From Clostridia bacterium (GTDB lineage: Bacteria > Bacillota > Clostridia > RGIG7378), in contig JAFYSJ010000026.1 of assembly GCA_017559445.1 (NCBI GenBank), forward strand, positions 1,908-65,907: a DNA stretch of 64,000 nucleotides. The letters are read 5' to 3'. A program made the position numbers and the translations under genes. The notes beneath the pieces were generated by a model, which saw only the letters and a list, made by a program, of their open reading frames with translations, ran no database searches and was not told the origin of the DNA. Of the stretch, positions 46,908 to 57,180 are shown in pieces. Positions within the stretch are counted from its first letter, which is position 1. Each line of letters starts with the position of its first letter.

Positions 46908-48226
46908 TGGACTATGGGGCTATTTTGACTTCGGTTAGAGATAGCATTAACAGAAGTGGATCCGAAAAGCTTAGCGAAAAGGAAGACAAAAGAGAGGTTG
47001 AGGTAATTCTAAAAGCCTTGATTCGAAAGTCCTTGCTGAGATTGGAACTTGACTCATATGACAAGGAATATTTGGAAAAGTTGGAGCAACGATTATATGA
47101 CGATATGGCAGGATTTGGATGTATTACTAAGTACATTTCAGACGATTCTGTGGAGGAGATTAACTGTAACAGCTGGGACAATATTTACATTGTGAGGAAT
47201 GGTTCTGTGGAGAACCTGGATGTTCACTTTTTGACACCTGGCCAGTGCGGAGACATTACGCGACGCATGGTTAGGAGGGGAGGACAGATTATAGATGGAA
47301 CGATGCCCATTTGTGACAGCTACATAGACAAGGGTGTGCGTATTTCAGCCATGGCGCCACCTGTAATCGAAGAGAGCAAGGGAGCGGCATTTTCCATACG
47401 TAGACAGCGCCTCCTCAAACTGACTAAAGAAGACATGGTTCAAAATGGTGTGGCCTTGGGAGAACAGCTTGACCTGATGATAATGTGCATTAATCACGGA
47501 GTGTCTGTGGGAATTGCAGGTAGTACAGGTTCAGGTAAAACATCGGACATTAACTTTTTGCTAAATAGGGTGGATCCAAACAAAAGAATCTATGCCATTG
47601 AGGATACTAGAGAATTGGATTTGGACCCATTGGGAGGCAAGAGGCAGATAGTTTACACCAAGACGAGGGATGGTGGCAGTGATAAGTTCAACATCACGGC
47701 AGACAAGCTTTTGAGGACAGCCCTTAGATTCCATCCGGACATAATAGTTCCGGCTGAGATGAGAGGGGCCGAGGCAATGACTGCACAGGAGGCAGGTAGA
47801 ACTGGACATACCATTGTTACAGGCTTTCATGCTGACAATGCCATAGACGCCTACACCAGAATTATGACCATGTGCAAAATGTCTGGTACAGATCTGACAG
47901 AGGAGACTTTGATGAAGAACATTGTTAGGGCATACCCGATTATGTGCTACAAGGCTCAGTTGCCAGATGGATCTCGTAAGTGTATGCAGTTAATAGAGGC
48001 AGTAGATTTTGTGAATGGTGAGATTAAGTACAACCAAATATACAGGTTTGTAATTAGTAGCATGAAGTACGACGAAAACGGGAAGGCCATTATTTCTGGA
48101 TATCACAAAAGGATGGGGCACATATCTAACAAGTTAGCATTGAGACTTTTGGAAAATGGAGCTCTTCCTGAGGAGATTAGAAGATTTGCTGGGGAGAATT
48201 GGTCATCGGAGGAAGCTTATGGTTAA
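46904..48226 (+). CDS. tadA: Tad pilus assembly ATPase TadA/CpaF
   Basis: GSTGSGKT, IEDTREL, ALRFHPD...EMRG, TGH...HA. Confidence 0.9.
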   Translation: MMDYGAILTSVRDSINRSGSEKLSEKEDKREVEVILKALIRKSLLRLELDSYDKEYLEKLEQRLYDDMAGFGCITKYISDDSVEEINCNSWDNIYIVRNGSVENLDVHFLTPGQCGDITRRMVRRGGQIIDGTMPICDSYIDKGVRISAMAPPVIEESKGAAFSIRRQRLLKLTKEDMVQNGVALGEQLDLMIMCINHGVSVGIAGSTGSGKTSDINFLLNRVDPNKRIYAIEDTRELDLDPLGGKRQIVYTKTRDGGSDKFNITADKLLRTALRFHPDIIVPAEMRGAEAMTAQEAGRTGHTIVTGFHADNAIDAYTRIMTMCKMSGTDLTEETLMKNIVRAYPIMCYKAQLPDGSRKCMQLIEAVDFVNGEIKYNQIYRFVISSMKYDENGKAIISGYHKRMGHISNKLALRLLENGALPEEIRRFAGENWSSEEAYG

Positions 48227-49112
48227 GACATATATTTTGGCTGCATCCTTTGTGGTGGCATGTTCTGTAGGGATGTTTTTGATCTTAACTTCCGAAAGGA
48301 CTGGAGACAAAAGACTTAAGACCTGGGACAGGAGATTTGTTAAGACTCGTGAGATTTTGGCCATGTGGGCCGTTGAATCTGGTAGGACTGTGAAGTCCTG
48401 GGAACTATGGGTTTGGTTGGCTGTGTCCGTTGCCCTTATGGTAGTTGGTTTTTTAGTTCCAGGTCTTGGGTTTGGGAATATCCCAATGGCCATGGTTATT
48501 TCACCAATATTAGGAGCGGTTCCTTGGTTTGTCATAAGTGCAATTGGCAAAAGGACACAAAAGAACTTGCAATCCCATATGGAACACGCCATGGGACTGG
48601 TGACTAATAGCTATTTAAGGGTACAGGACATAATTGGGGCAATATCTGACAACATGAGTGAGTTTAGGGGATACACAGAAGTTCTGTTTAAGGAGTTTCT
48701 GACTCAGGTATCTCTTACAGATTCTAGCATTGCAGCATCTCTAGAAACCATGAGGGATAAGTCTACGAACACATATTTTAAGCAGTGGTGCACAGTGCTT
48801 ATTCAATGCATGGAGGACAGAGAACTTAGATTCATGTTGCCATCTATTGTGGCAGAAATGGCAGATAGCAGGGGAGTCATTATGGAGGCAGATACCATGA
48901 TCAAAAAGGCTCAGAGAGACTACATAGTGATCTTGATAATTGCCTGTATGCAGCTACCTATTATTAGCCAGATCAATCCAGATTGGTACAGAATTCTGAC
49001 TACCACTACAGTAGGTCAGATATTAACTGCAGTTGTGTTTGGCGTCATGGCCATATGCACAGTGCAGGTATTTATGGTGGCAAGTAAGGTTCAAGGAGGT
49101 AGGAGCAAATGA
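48219..49112 (+). CDS. tadB: TadB-like membrane platform protein
   Basis: T2SSF-like layout, NPDWY...TTVGQ motif, follows tadA. Confidence 0.75.
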   Translation: MVKTYILAASFVVACSVGMFLILTSERTGDKRLKTWDRRFVKTREILAMWAVESGRTVKSWELWVWLAVSVALMVVGFLVPGLGFGNIPMAMVISPILGAVPWFVISAIGKRTQKNLQSHMEHAMGLVTNSYLRVQDIIGAISDNMSEFRGYTEVLFKEFLTQVSLTDSSIAASLETMRDKSTNTYFKQWCTVLIQCMEDRELRFMLPSIVAEMADSRGVIMEADTMIKKAQRDYIVILIIACMQLPIISQINPDWYRILTTTTVGQILTAVVFGVMAICTVQVFMVASKVQGGRSK

Positions 49113-49939
49113 TGGGAATTAAGTTGTTAGGGTTTGCGTTGTTATGTTCTGGTGGACTGTATTTGTTGGCCATAGGTATTAGAGAGGTGTACTTAGACAA
49201 GGTTAGATTGAATAACAGGGGCTTGTCTAGGTTCAAAGGAGCCCTACTGGGATTGGTCCTCCCAGATAGAGAGGGCAGAGAACACATGCAGCTCCAGCTT
49301 ATGAGGCTTGGCATGGGTGAGTCCGTGGAGGAGTACTACTCATCTGTTTTAGCCAAGGTGGGGTTGTTGGGATTTGGAGCCTTGGCGGTTAGCTTTCTTT
49401 CGCCCGTACTGGGCTGTGTGATGTTGGTAGCTACCATTTTGCAGTGGTACGCCTCCATGGACAGGCTGCCCCAGTTGGTGAGGAGGAGAAACGAGGAGAT
49501 CATGGCGGAGCTACCTCGTTTCATGAGGACTTTTGCTTATGGAATGCAATACGAAAAGGATATTTTGGCAATGTTGGAAACTTATTGCGATGTGGCAGGA
49601 GATGCCCTAAGGGGTGACTTGAAGCTGCTTATACAGAGCATGGGTAACAGTAATTATGAGGAGGCTTTGAGACAGTTTGACAAGGCCATTTCCATTCCAC
49701 AGCTTAGCAGATTTGTAAGTGCTCTGATCAGCATCCATAGAGGAGAGGATCAAACTTCAGTTTTGCTAGATATTACAGATGAGATTACCGCAATGGAAAG
49801 GGAAAGGTTACGAGGTCAGATGATTAAGGTCCCAGACAAAATTCAGGCATTATCCATACCTGTGGTAATAGGAATCCTGGCACTGTATCTGTTCGTTATT
49901 GGAAGTAGCTTTATTGAAAGCATGAATATTTTATTTTAG
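49109..49939 (+). CDS. tadC: TadC-like membrane platform protein
   Basis: ELPRF, EEAL, LSRFVSALI...GED; follows tadB. Confidence 0.75.
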   Translation: MMGIKLLGFALLCSGGLYLLAIGIREVYLDKVRLNNRGLSRFKGALLGLVLPDREGREHMQLQLMRLGMGESVEEYYSSVLAKVGLLGFGALAVSFLSPVLGCVMLVATILQWYASMDRLPQLVRRRNEEIMAELPRFMRTFAYGMQYEKDILAMLETYCDVAGDALRGDLKLLIQSMGNSNYEEALRQFDKAISIPQLSRFVSALISIHRGEDQTSVLLDITDEITAMERERLRGQMIKVPDKIQALSIPVVIGILALYLFVIGSSFIESMNILF

Positions 49940-49951
49940 GAGGCTTTGTTT

Positions 49952-50122
49952 ATGATGAATTATTTGCTTAAGAACGAGGACGGTAATGAGATTTTGGGCT
50001 TTGTTATTGTGGCCCTTATTACAACAGTTGTTGGTGGCGTTTTGCTTACAACATTTAGTGATGGAGCAAAGGGTATCTTTGATTCCTTGATCGCTAAGAT
50101 TCAGGCAAAGATCGCATTCTAA
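49952..50122 (+). CDS. Flp-type major pilin (56 aa; missing from the ORF track)
   Basis: Hand translation MMNYLLKNEDG|NEILGFVIVALITTVVGGVLLTTFSDGAKGIFDSLIAKIQAKIAF; AGGAGG RBS; class III-like leader. Confidence 0.75.
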   Translation: MMNYLLKNEDGNEILGFVIVALITTVVGGVLLTTFSDGAKGIFDSLIAKIQAKIAF

Positions 50123-50139
50123 GTTAAAGGAGGCAGGGT

Positions 50140-50553
50140 ATGAGAGCAGTATTGGGAGACCAGAACGGAAGCGTGTATTTGGAATTAGCAGTATGCATAG
50201 TGATTTTGTTTTCTGTGTTTGCAATGCTGCTCACTATCCCTCCTATATTTGTTTACAAGCAGAATATGGATAACGCTTGTAGACAAATTGCCACCATGGC
50301 AGCTGAAACAGGAAGTGTGGGGACAACGGTTACTACGTATGCAAAGGATGTTTGTCGAGAATACAACATAGTTGGTGATGTAAGCTTTTCGGGACAAATA
50401 GATGGCGAGAAGATTCAACTCAGAAACAAATTTACTACAGAACTTACATCTACGTACAGAATTAGAATAGGTAACCTTTTGGGTAAGGAAATATCTATAG
50501 AGGTGCCATTAACTTCTAGAGTACACTCCATGGGCAGGAGGTATCTAAAGTGA
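50140..50553 (+). CDS. TadE-like minor pilin
   Basis: DQNG|SVYLE (G-x4-E) plus hydrophobic helix. Confidence 0.75.
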   Translation: MRAVLGDQNGSVYLELAVCIVILFSVFAMLLTIPPIFVYKQNMDNACRQIATMAAETGSVGTTVTTYAKDVCREYNIVGDVSFSGQIDGEKIQLRNKFTTELTSTYRIRIGNLLGKEISIEVPLTSRVHSMGRRYLK

Positions 50554-51008
50554 GACGTAATGAAGATGGATCCATAACAATGTTAGCCTTGGCCATTGCA
50601 TTTGGCGTAGCGCTTGTGATGGTGATTGTAATTGAGTTTTGTTACATTTTGACAGTTAGATCCCATTTGCAGGGAACCATGGATTCTACCTTGGAAACCA
50701 CAGTGGAGTATTGGACCATGGACAATTACAGGCGTGATGAAGAACTGATTATTTCAGAGGAAGCGGCCATGGACAACTTTAGGGATATGCTGCAGGATGC
50801 CTTGGACATGGATAGAGATGGCTACAAGGTGGACGAAAAGGGTAACCTGGTGTGGAAATATGAAGAGGTTCAGTTTAAGTGTAGAGATAACGGTATTTGG
50901 GTAAAGGCTAAGGTAACTATTTGGCCTCTATTATTAAGAAATATATTAGGGGATATGGGTACGGAATTGGAACTTGAGACTAGAGCCTATATTAACTACA
51001 ACAAGTGA
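50550..51008 (+). CDS. TadG/TadE-like pilin-like protein
   Basis: RRNEDG|SITMLAL leader plus hydrophobic helix. Confidence 0.65.
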   Translation: MRRNEDGSITMLALAIAFGVALVMVIVIEFCYILTVRSHLQGTMDSTLETTVEYWTMDNYRRDEELIISEEAAMDNFRDMLQDALDMDRDGYKVDEKGNLVWKYEEVQFKCRDNGIWVKAKVTIWPLLLRNILGDMGTELELETRAYINYNK

Positions 51009-51018
51009 GGATAAAAAG

Positions 51019-52023
51019 GTGAAGGATAGAAGATATATTGTGATAATGACGGTTCTCTTGTTGGTGACAGCTTTTGTAGGAGTTCTGGCAGTTGTGGAAG
51101 GACAAAAGGATTCTTTGACAGAGGATTTGCCGGGAACTTTAGTGCCAACTGCTACTGCAACAATTAGTGCTACGGAAGCGCCAAAAGTAGAACCAACAGC
51201 GACTCCAACAGCTACTCCTTATGTGGAAGTTACGGCAACACCTACTGCTATGCCAATTGTTACGGAGACTCCATCTGTTACTCCTGTTGTTATAGCGACA
51301 CCTACAGCATCTCCCACGGCAACACCTAAGGCTACAACTACACCTAAACCAACGGCAACGCCTACTTCTGGGCCTACTATTACTCCAACTCCAAGACCTA
51401 CAGTAGTTCCAACAGTAGCACCTACAAGTAGTCCTGAGGTGAATATTAGTAGTGTGTATGATTACGTTAAGAATTGCGGTTCCTATGGCACTCCTAGTGT
51501 ATCTTCTCTTGGATATGTTGGATGTTATTTTCTCAAAAGTGCAGTCCCTAATTTGACAGATAATGGAATTTACTACGATAGCACATGGTATGTGTACATA
51601 GATCAGTATGAGGAAATGGAGGAGGGATACGATTGCTCCATTATTATGACCTCTTTTGGCAAGGAAACTAGAGATCAGGTCCTTGAACTTCTTAAGGTTG
51701 TTTACCCTACAGGATACGCAGAGGTAATGGATCTAGTTGTTAAGGCTTTGAGACAGGAAATTTGGGAGTACAGGTGGGGGTATTCAAACGAAACACCTAC
51801 TGCTGGAACCATGGGTGTTAGGTACATAGATGGTAGGGAAGTGTACATAGTCATGAGAAACGATCTGGCTAACTTAACTATCCACATTAAGGATAAGGGA
51901 GTGGTTAATCCTGTAGTGTCCCAGTCTTGGCCACAGGAGACGGTAGATTATTGGACATCCCATGGAACAGGGAATGCTGACGATGCTTTTTCTATATGGT
52001 TTAGAAAGGAGTACGGATTGTGA
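51019..52023 (+). CDS. Membrane-anchored protein with Pro/Thr-rich linker
   Basis: GTG start after GAGG; TM helix, ~100 aa PTATP-type repeats, globular C-terminus. Confidence 0.65.
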   Translation: MKDRRYIVIMTVLLLVTAFVGVLAVVEGQKDSLTEDLPGTLVPTATATISATEAPKVEPTATPTATPYVEVTATPTAMPIVTETPSVTPVVIATPTASPTATPKATTTPKPTATPTSGPTITPTPRPTVVPTVAPTSSPEVNISSVYDYVKNCGSYGTPSVSSLGYVGCYFLKSAVPNLTDNGIYYDSTWYVYIDQYEEMEEGYDCSIIMTSFGKETRDQVLELLKVVYPTGYAEVMDLVVKALRQEIWEYRWGYSNETPTAGTMGVRYIDGREVYIVMRNDLANLTIHIKDKGVVNPVVSQSWPQETVDYWTSHGTGNADDAFSIWFRKEYGL

Positions 52024-53930
52024 AAAGTAAGTTGTGGTTGCTGATTTTCGCAGGGTTAGTGCTAGCGGCACTAGTGATTCCTAGCAAAGCTTCGGCAGAG
52101 TCTCTAACATTGTACGGACTAAGTGTTAAGGTTACAGATTCTGTAGGTGTGGTTTCGGGAGGTGGCACTTTGTCATATGCTTCTTTTCCGCAAACTTTTT
52201 ATATAACAGCATCTTCCACAGAGTTGGGATCTAAAATCACCATTGAGGTAACTAGTCCTCAAGGGAAAACGGTGACAGCTAATAAGTTTACTGTTAGCAA
52301 TAGCAACGAAACAGGAACATATATAATAACTGCCAAGACAGAGGGTGGAGCCATTAAGAAAATGGCGGTCCACATTAAATACGAAGTAAAGGCGGATAGC
52401 AGTTCGGATTACAAGTACAGGACAGTAGCATTACAAATAGCGTCTATTTCTCTTAATGGCAAGACGGTTATGTCTGGACTTAGTACAAGAGTAGGCTTAA
52501 TTGGTGGTGCCGCATTGGATCCCAGTGCGGAAAATACATTATCTAAGCTAATTAACAAGACAGATGGCGAAACGTATACGCTGCATGGAAGCCTGGTGGT
52601 GGAAGTTTATACATCCAAGGGTGTTGTGGGAACATATGTGGTCGATAAGGATTGGAATAGACTAGTTTCGGACTATGAGTGGATACCTAAGACCTTAGAT
52701 GCCTTCAGGACCATGAAGGAAGCAAGTACAGTTTACCAAGCTCCGAGAAAAGTTCAGACCATAATTCAGTGGAGAGATGTGACAAACGATGTTGTTATAC
52801 TGGATTCCATAACCAATAACGACATAATTAAGGCCAACGAATGGGTCAAAATGTCTGCTTATATTAACGATGCAGATATAGACGACGAATATAAGCATGT
52901 TTCCACTGGTTATATCAATAAATATGCAGATGGAACTATTGAAGAGATTATTTCTGGTTCAGCAGTTAAAAAAGTTGTTTATTGCTATAGCCATATGGAT
53001 AGCGTCACAGTTGTTTTTGATTATATTAGACCGAATCAGAGGGACATGTATGTGCAAGGGCCTGGCAAACAGTCTTACCCAGAGGATGAAGATGTGGTTA
53101 CATGGGTGACGATCCATCTGCAGGGAAAAGAGATTTTACCTTCGGACAAAGTTAAGGTTGTTATTGAAATTGCAGAGCTTGGTTACAAGTATGAGACAGG
53201 CATTATTTGCACAGAAAATGGATCTGTGAAGGTTCCTTTTAAGTGGCATACGCCTACGGTTACAGCCACTAGAAATGTGAGCATTAAGGCGACAGTTAAT
53301 GAGGATAGGACTGTGATGGAGGAGAGCTATGTTAATAATACGCTTACCTTTGTGGCTGAAGTCCAAAACATGTCCTACGTAAAGCCCAAGGAGAACAAGG
53401 AGTCTTATCCAGTTGCACCTAGTAGGGATACGAATTCTACTATTACATGGACAGAACTTAGGTACGAAGATGGAAAGCTTGTAACTAAGGAGTTCTATGT
53501 AACATTGGATGTGGAAGTGAATGTGGACTATACCACTAAGACTAAGGGGTATATAAGGAGCGGTTACGGTTTCACAATGGATGTGAAATACAATATACGA
53601 ACAAATTACGATAATCCAAATCTAATTACGGATTGTCAGATAGCTAAGGTGACGCTGCCACAGTATACTTATTGGAAATTCGTATATTTAGAGCGAAAGA
53701 GTAGTTCACAGTGGCAATTTTCACGCCATGCTGATTCCCCAGAAGGGTATAGAAAGGAATACGTTCCAGTTTGGTGGGATGATGACGAGCCTTATGAGAT
53801 TCAGGTTATGTGTGGAGAACTTTATACACCTGGGGGAGTATTAAATGTTTGGCTAACTTCAAATCAGGATAGCCAGCTTAGACTAAATATAGAAGGGAGC
53901 ATGTATGACGATGATCACATCGGTTTTTGA
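52020..53930 (+). CDS. Secreted protein with CARDB/Ig-like domain (possible pilus adhesin)
   Basis: Signal peptide (ASA|E), VPFKWHTP...ATVN...ESYVNNT, IRSGYG. Confidence 0.65.
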   Translation: MKSKLWLLIFAGLVLAALVIPSKASAESLTLYGLSVKVTDSVGVVSGGGTLSYASFPQTFYITASSTELGSKITIEVTSPQGKTVTANKFTVSNSNETGTYIITAKTEGGAIKKMAVHIKYEVKADSSSDYKYRTVALQIASISLNGKTVMSGLSTRVGLIGGAALDPSAENTLSKLINKTDGETYTLHGSLVVEVYTSKGVVGTYVVDKDWNRLVSDYEWIPKTLDAFRTMKEASTVYQAPRKVQTIIQWRDVTNDVVILDSITNNDIIKANEWVKMSAYINDADIDDEYKHVSTGYINKYADGTIEEIISGSAVKKVVYCYSHMDSVTVVFDYIRPNQRDMYVQGPGKQSYPEDEDVVTWVTIHLQGKEILPSDKVKVVIEIAELGYKYETGIICTENGSVKVPFKWHTPTVTATRNVSIKATVNEDRTVMEESYVNNTLTFVAEVQNMSYVKPKENKESYPVAPSRDTNSTITWTELRYEDGKLVTKEFYVTLDVEVNVDYTTKTKGYIRSGYGFTMDVKYNIRTNYDNPNLITDCQIAKVTLPQYTYWKFVYLERKSSSQWQFSRHADSPEGYRKEYVPVWWDDDEPYEIQVMCGELYTPGGVLNVWLTSNQDSQLRLNIEGSMYDDDHIGF

Positions 53931-54423
53931 TTCAGTAGTAGCTACAGCAATTACAGTTGTAATGTCATGGATTACAAGGGAAGATAACAAGACTCGCAAA
54001 ATTAAGAACAACAAGGTATTGTGGATTGCAATTTTTGGAATTGTTTACAGAGTAGTTGCTCAGGTTGAGTGGATAGTGGGTAGAGACCATTCCAGTTTGA
54101 TTAAAATGTTAGAACCTACTATTGAGGGCCTTTTGGGTATGATTGTTGTTGCTTTGCCCATGCTGATATTAGCAACGAAGTTTAATGTGCCTATTGGTGG
54201 GGGAGATATTAAACTAACAGGTGCCTTGGGTATATATGTTGGATGGCAGGGAAGTGTGATTATCCTTCTAGCCTCCTGTGTTTCTGCAATTGTTGTGTAC
54301 GCTGTAAAAGCAGCAAAAAATCCAGGAACAGTAGGTCTTAGGACATCTATTCCCATGGCTTTATATACTCAAATTGGTTATATCTTTGTGTTGGTGCTTA
54401 AACTTGTTGAAATACTGCTTTAA
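53905..54423 (+). CDS. Prepilin peptidase (A24 family, TadV/CpaA-like)
   Basis: ED...KIKN, GGGDIKL, IPMALY; start codon uncertain. Confidence 0.75.
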   Translation: MTMITSVFDSVVATAITVVMSWITREDNKTRKIKNNKVLWIAIFGIVYRVVAQVEWIVGRDHSSLIKMLEPTIEGLLGMIVVALPMLILATKFNVPIGGGDIKLTGALGIYVGWQGSVIILLASCVSAIVVYAVKAAKNPGTVGLRTSIPMALYTQIGYIFVLVLKLVEILL

Positions 54424-55240
54424 GAGAAAGGAAGTTAAGTCCTAATAGTATAAGTATTAAAATAGCTGCAATGGGTCCCATGGTTGTTAAAGGGAATGCC
54501 ATAAAGGTAAGGATTCCAAGGATGAATTGGAACAGCAAGCATCTCAAGGCTAGGCCACAGTAAAATGCATCCATGGCTTCGGTGAGGTGCCTGGCAGAAT
54601 TAATATAGATTTTGCATGCTTCTGCTGCAGAGTTAAACCTTTGGTTATCGTAATAGACGCAGGCGGGTGAACCTTGAGAATCAGTGCCATTTGGCACAAG
54701 CACGCAATCTGCTTCGTCTAAAGCCTTATCTACAGGATATCTGTCAAAGGCAACAGTAACTACCTTGCCCATGGCAAGTCGGCGAAGTATATAGTTGGAG
54801 GATTGTTCCTTAGTAATATTGCAGAAGAATTCTCCAATTAACTTGGCCTCGCATTTTCCTTCTATATGATCCATGGGGAGGTAGGAAAGGTAAATAACCC
54901 TTTGGTTAAAATCTGTGTCATCTGAGATTGTATCTACAAAGATGTTGTTTGTGTTTGCGGCAGATTCTAATGCGTACATAGAGACCTGAGAGAGTCCCTC
55001 TCTAGCAAGATAGTCATTAATTCTCTTATCTATGCCCCAAAATCTGGAATTAAGGAAGTAGAGTAGTGATACTGTAAATACGGCCGAACCTGCAATTAGC
55101 CCCTGCTTTGCGGAGAAATTAATCCAGTAATTAATACCACTATATATAGAAAGGACAAGTGAAATGAAAAAGTACACAGTAGAATATATCTTGTTTGGAG
55201 CCATATGATGTTTTCTAAATAGGTATTGAATTGTGTACAT
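54398..55240 (-). CDS. Hypothetical membrane protein
   Basis: 280 aa ORF, 2 N-terminal and 2 C-terminal TM helices; 3' end overlaps the convergent peptidase gene. Confidence 0.6.
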   Translation of the reverse strand: MYTIQYLFRKHHMAPNKIYSTVYFFISLVLSIYSGINYWINFSAKQGLIAGSAVFTVSLLYFLNSRFWGIDKRINDYLAREGLSQVSMYALESAANTNNIFVDTISDDTDFNQRVIYLSYLPMDHIEGKCEAKLIGEFFCNITKEQSSNYILRRLAMGKVVTVAFDRYPVDKALDEADCVLVPNGTDSQGSPACVYYDNQRFNSAAEACKIYINSARHLTEAMDAFYCGLALRCLLFQFILGILTFMAFPLTTMGPIAAILILILLGLNFLSLKAVFQQV

Positions 55241-55372
55241 AAAAAATTTTCCTTCAAATTATCTACATTCTGCATTTATGGTAGAACTGGCTTTTCTTTA
55301 TGTCAAGTTTGTTGAATTGCAAAAAATGCGGTGATATACTGACGAAAAATTAAAAACGGAGGTATTACCAAA

Positions 55373-56431
55373 ATGGCAAAAGCTAGGGGTAGCAGTAATA
55401 AAGCCGGTATTTTTGGTCGTATATTTGACAGGTATTTCGTTAAAGCAATGAGTTTTATGGCTCAGGGTTTGTTCGCATCCTTGATCATCGGACTTATTAT
55501 TAGCCAGTTAGCTAAGATCCCGTATCTTGGATTCCTTTCTTCTATTGGTGCTCATTTAGGTGCATCTTCTCCTGTAATTGGTGCAGCGATTGGTGCAGCT
55601 ATTGCATATGGTTTCCAGTGCAAGGGACTTGTAGTATTTTCTTCCATTGCAGCAGGTGCCATTGGATATGCAGCAGGTGGTCCTTTGGGCGCATACCTTG
55701 CAGGCGTAGTTGGCGCAGAGATTGGTAACTTGGTAGCAGGTAGAACTAAGTTGGATATCGTAGTTACACCTTTTGTAACTATTGTTTCCGGTGGTTTTGT
55801 TGGTATTCTGGTTGGACCTTATTTCCAGAGTTTCATGAGCTGGCTCGGCACAGTTATTGGTAACGCCACAGAGATGAATCCTTTTATCATGGGCATTACA
55901 GTTGCTGTTTTGGTAGGTCTTGCTCTTACAGCTCCTATTAGTAGCGCAGCCCTTTGTATCTCACTTTGGGGCAGTGTAAATATGACAAGTGGTATGCTTT
56001 TGGCAGCAGGTGCAGCAGCAGTAGGATGTAGCGCACAGATGATTGGTTTCGCAGTTGCTAGCCGCAAGGATAACAGCGTAGGCGGATTCCTTTCTCAGGC
56101 ACTTGGTACATCTATGCTCCAGATTGGTAACATTATGAAGCATCCCCAGATACTTATTGCTCCCACATTGGCAGGCGCAATTTTGGGACCTGTTTCTACA
56201 TGCTTGCTTAAGATGACAAATACAGCTACTGGTGCTGGTATGGGTACATCTGGTCTCGTTGGTCAGTTTGGTGCCTTTGCAGCAATGAGTGCTTCTACAA
56301 ATAACTGGATTGTTTTGGCAGAAATTGTTATTATGCACATTGTTGCTCCTGCAGCATTGACTCTTCTTATTGATGGAGCATTGCGTAAGGCAGGTTGGAT
56401 TAAACCAGGATATATGTGTATTGAGAAGTGA
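55373..56431 (+). CDS. PTS EIIC_2-like/PfoR-family membrane protein
   Basis: MAQGLFASL, PISSAA, GTSMLQ, GMGTSGLVG. Confidence 0.8.
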   Translation: MAKARGSSNKAGIFGRIFDRYFVKAMSFMAQGLFASLIIGLIISQLAKIPYLGFLSSIGAHLGASSPVIGAAIGAAIAYGFQCKGLVVFSSIAAGAIGYAAGGPLGAYLAGVVGAEIGNLVAGRTKLDIVVTPFVTIVSGGFVGILVGPYFQSFMSWLGTVIGNATEMNPFIMGITVAVLVGLALTAPISSAALCISLWGSVNMTSGMLLAAGAAAVGCSAQMIGFAVASRKDNSVGGFLSQALGTSMLQIGNIMKHPQILIAPTLAGAILGPVSTCLLKMTNTATGAGMGTSGLVGQFGAFAAMSASTNNWIVLAEIVIMHIVAPAALTLLIDGALRKAGWIKPGYMCIEK

Positions 56432-57138
56432 GTATGAGTTTTACAGATAGATTGCAGAATATTGCCACAGACATGGGCGCAGACCTTTTCGCTATTTCCT
56501 ATGTTGGAAATGCTGTGGATCCAGATTTAGTTTCATTGCCTAATTGTATAACTGTTGGAGTGCATCTGTCAGACTTCCTTATTTCAGGGATTATGGATGG
56601 TCCTACCTATACATATTTTCAGCATTACAGGACAGTAAACACACTTATCGACCAGATCACTACTAGATTGGTTATCGAACTCCAGAGAAAGGGTTACATG
56701 GCATGTGCTATTCCCGCATCTCAGTCTGTTAAGGATAGGCCTGGAGACTACAGAGGAGTGTTTCCACACAAGACTGGTGCAGTTCATGGAGGACTTGGTT
56801 GGATTGGTAGAAATGGCTTGCTCATAACAGAGCAGTATGGTCCATCTGTTAGATTTGGTTCAGTTCTTACTAATGCGCCTTTTGAAGAAGCAGTAGACAG
56901 AAGTGATGAAATGGCCAAGTTGGCAGTTAAGAATTGTGGAGACTGTTTCTTGTGCAAGGAGAACTGCCCATCTGGTGCTATTCAGGGAGGCCTTTGGCAG
57001 CCTGGTGTGCCTAGAGATGAGCTGGTTAATGCAGACACATGTTCTACACATATGACCAAGGCATATGGTCACATTGGCAGAGGGTCCGTATGTGGTAGAT
57101 GCATTGCAGTATGTCCCTTTGCTAACACAAAAGTATAG
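56428..57138 (+). CDS. QueG/reductive dehalogenase-like 4Fe-4S protein
   Basis: HKTGA...GLGWIGRNGL, CGDCFLCKENCP, CGRCIAVCP. Confidence 0.75.
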   Translation: MSMSFTDRLQNIATDMGADLFAISYVGNAVDPDLVSLPNCITVGVHLSDFLISGIMDGPTYTYFQHYRTVNTLIDQITTRLVIELQRKGYMACAIPASQSVKDRPGDYRGVFPHKTGAVHGGLGWIGRNGLLITEQYGPSVRFGSVLTNAPFEEAVDRSDEMAKLAVKNCGDCFLCKENCPSGAIQGGLWQPGVPRDELVNADTCSTHMTKAYGHIGRGSVCGRCIAVCPFANTKV

Positions 57139-57180
57139 AAAATAAGACAGCAGTTAAGGTTAACCTAGCTGCTGTTTAGT

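Noticed and set aside
51140-51430. Repetitive DNA in the PT-rich gene
   Set aside because: Ordinary Pro/Thr linker with degenerate codons; explained at the protein level.
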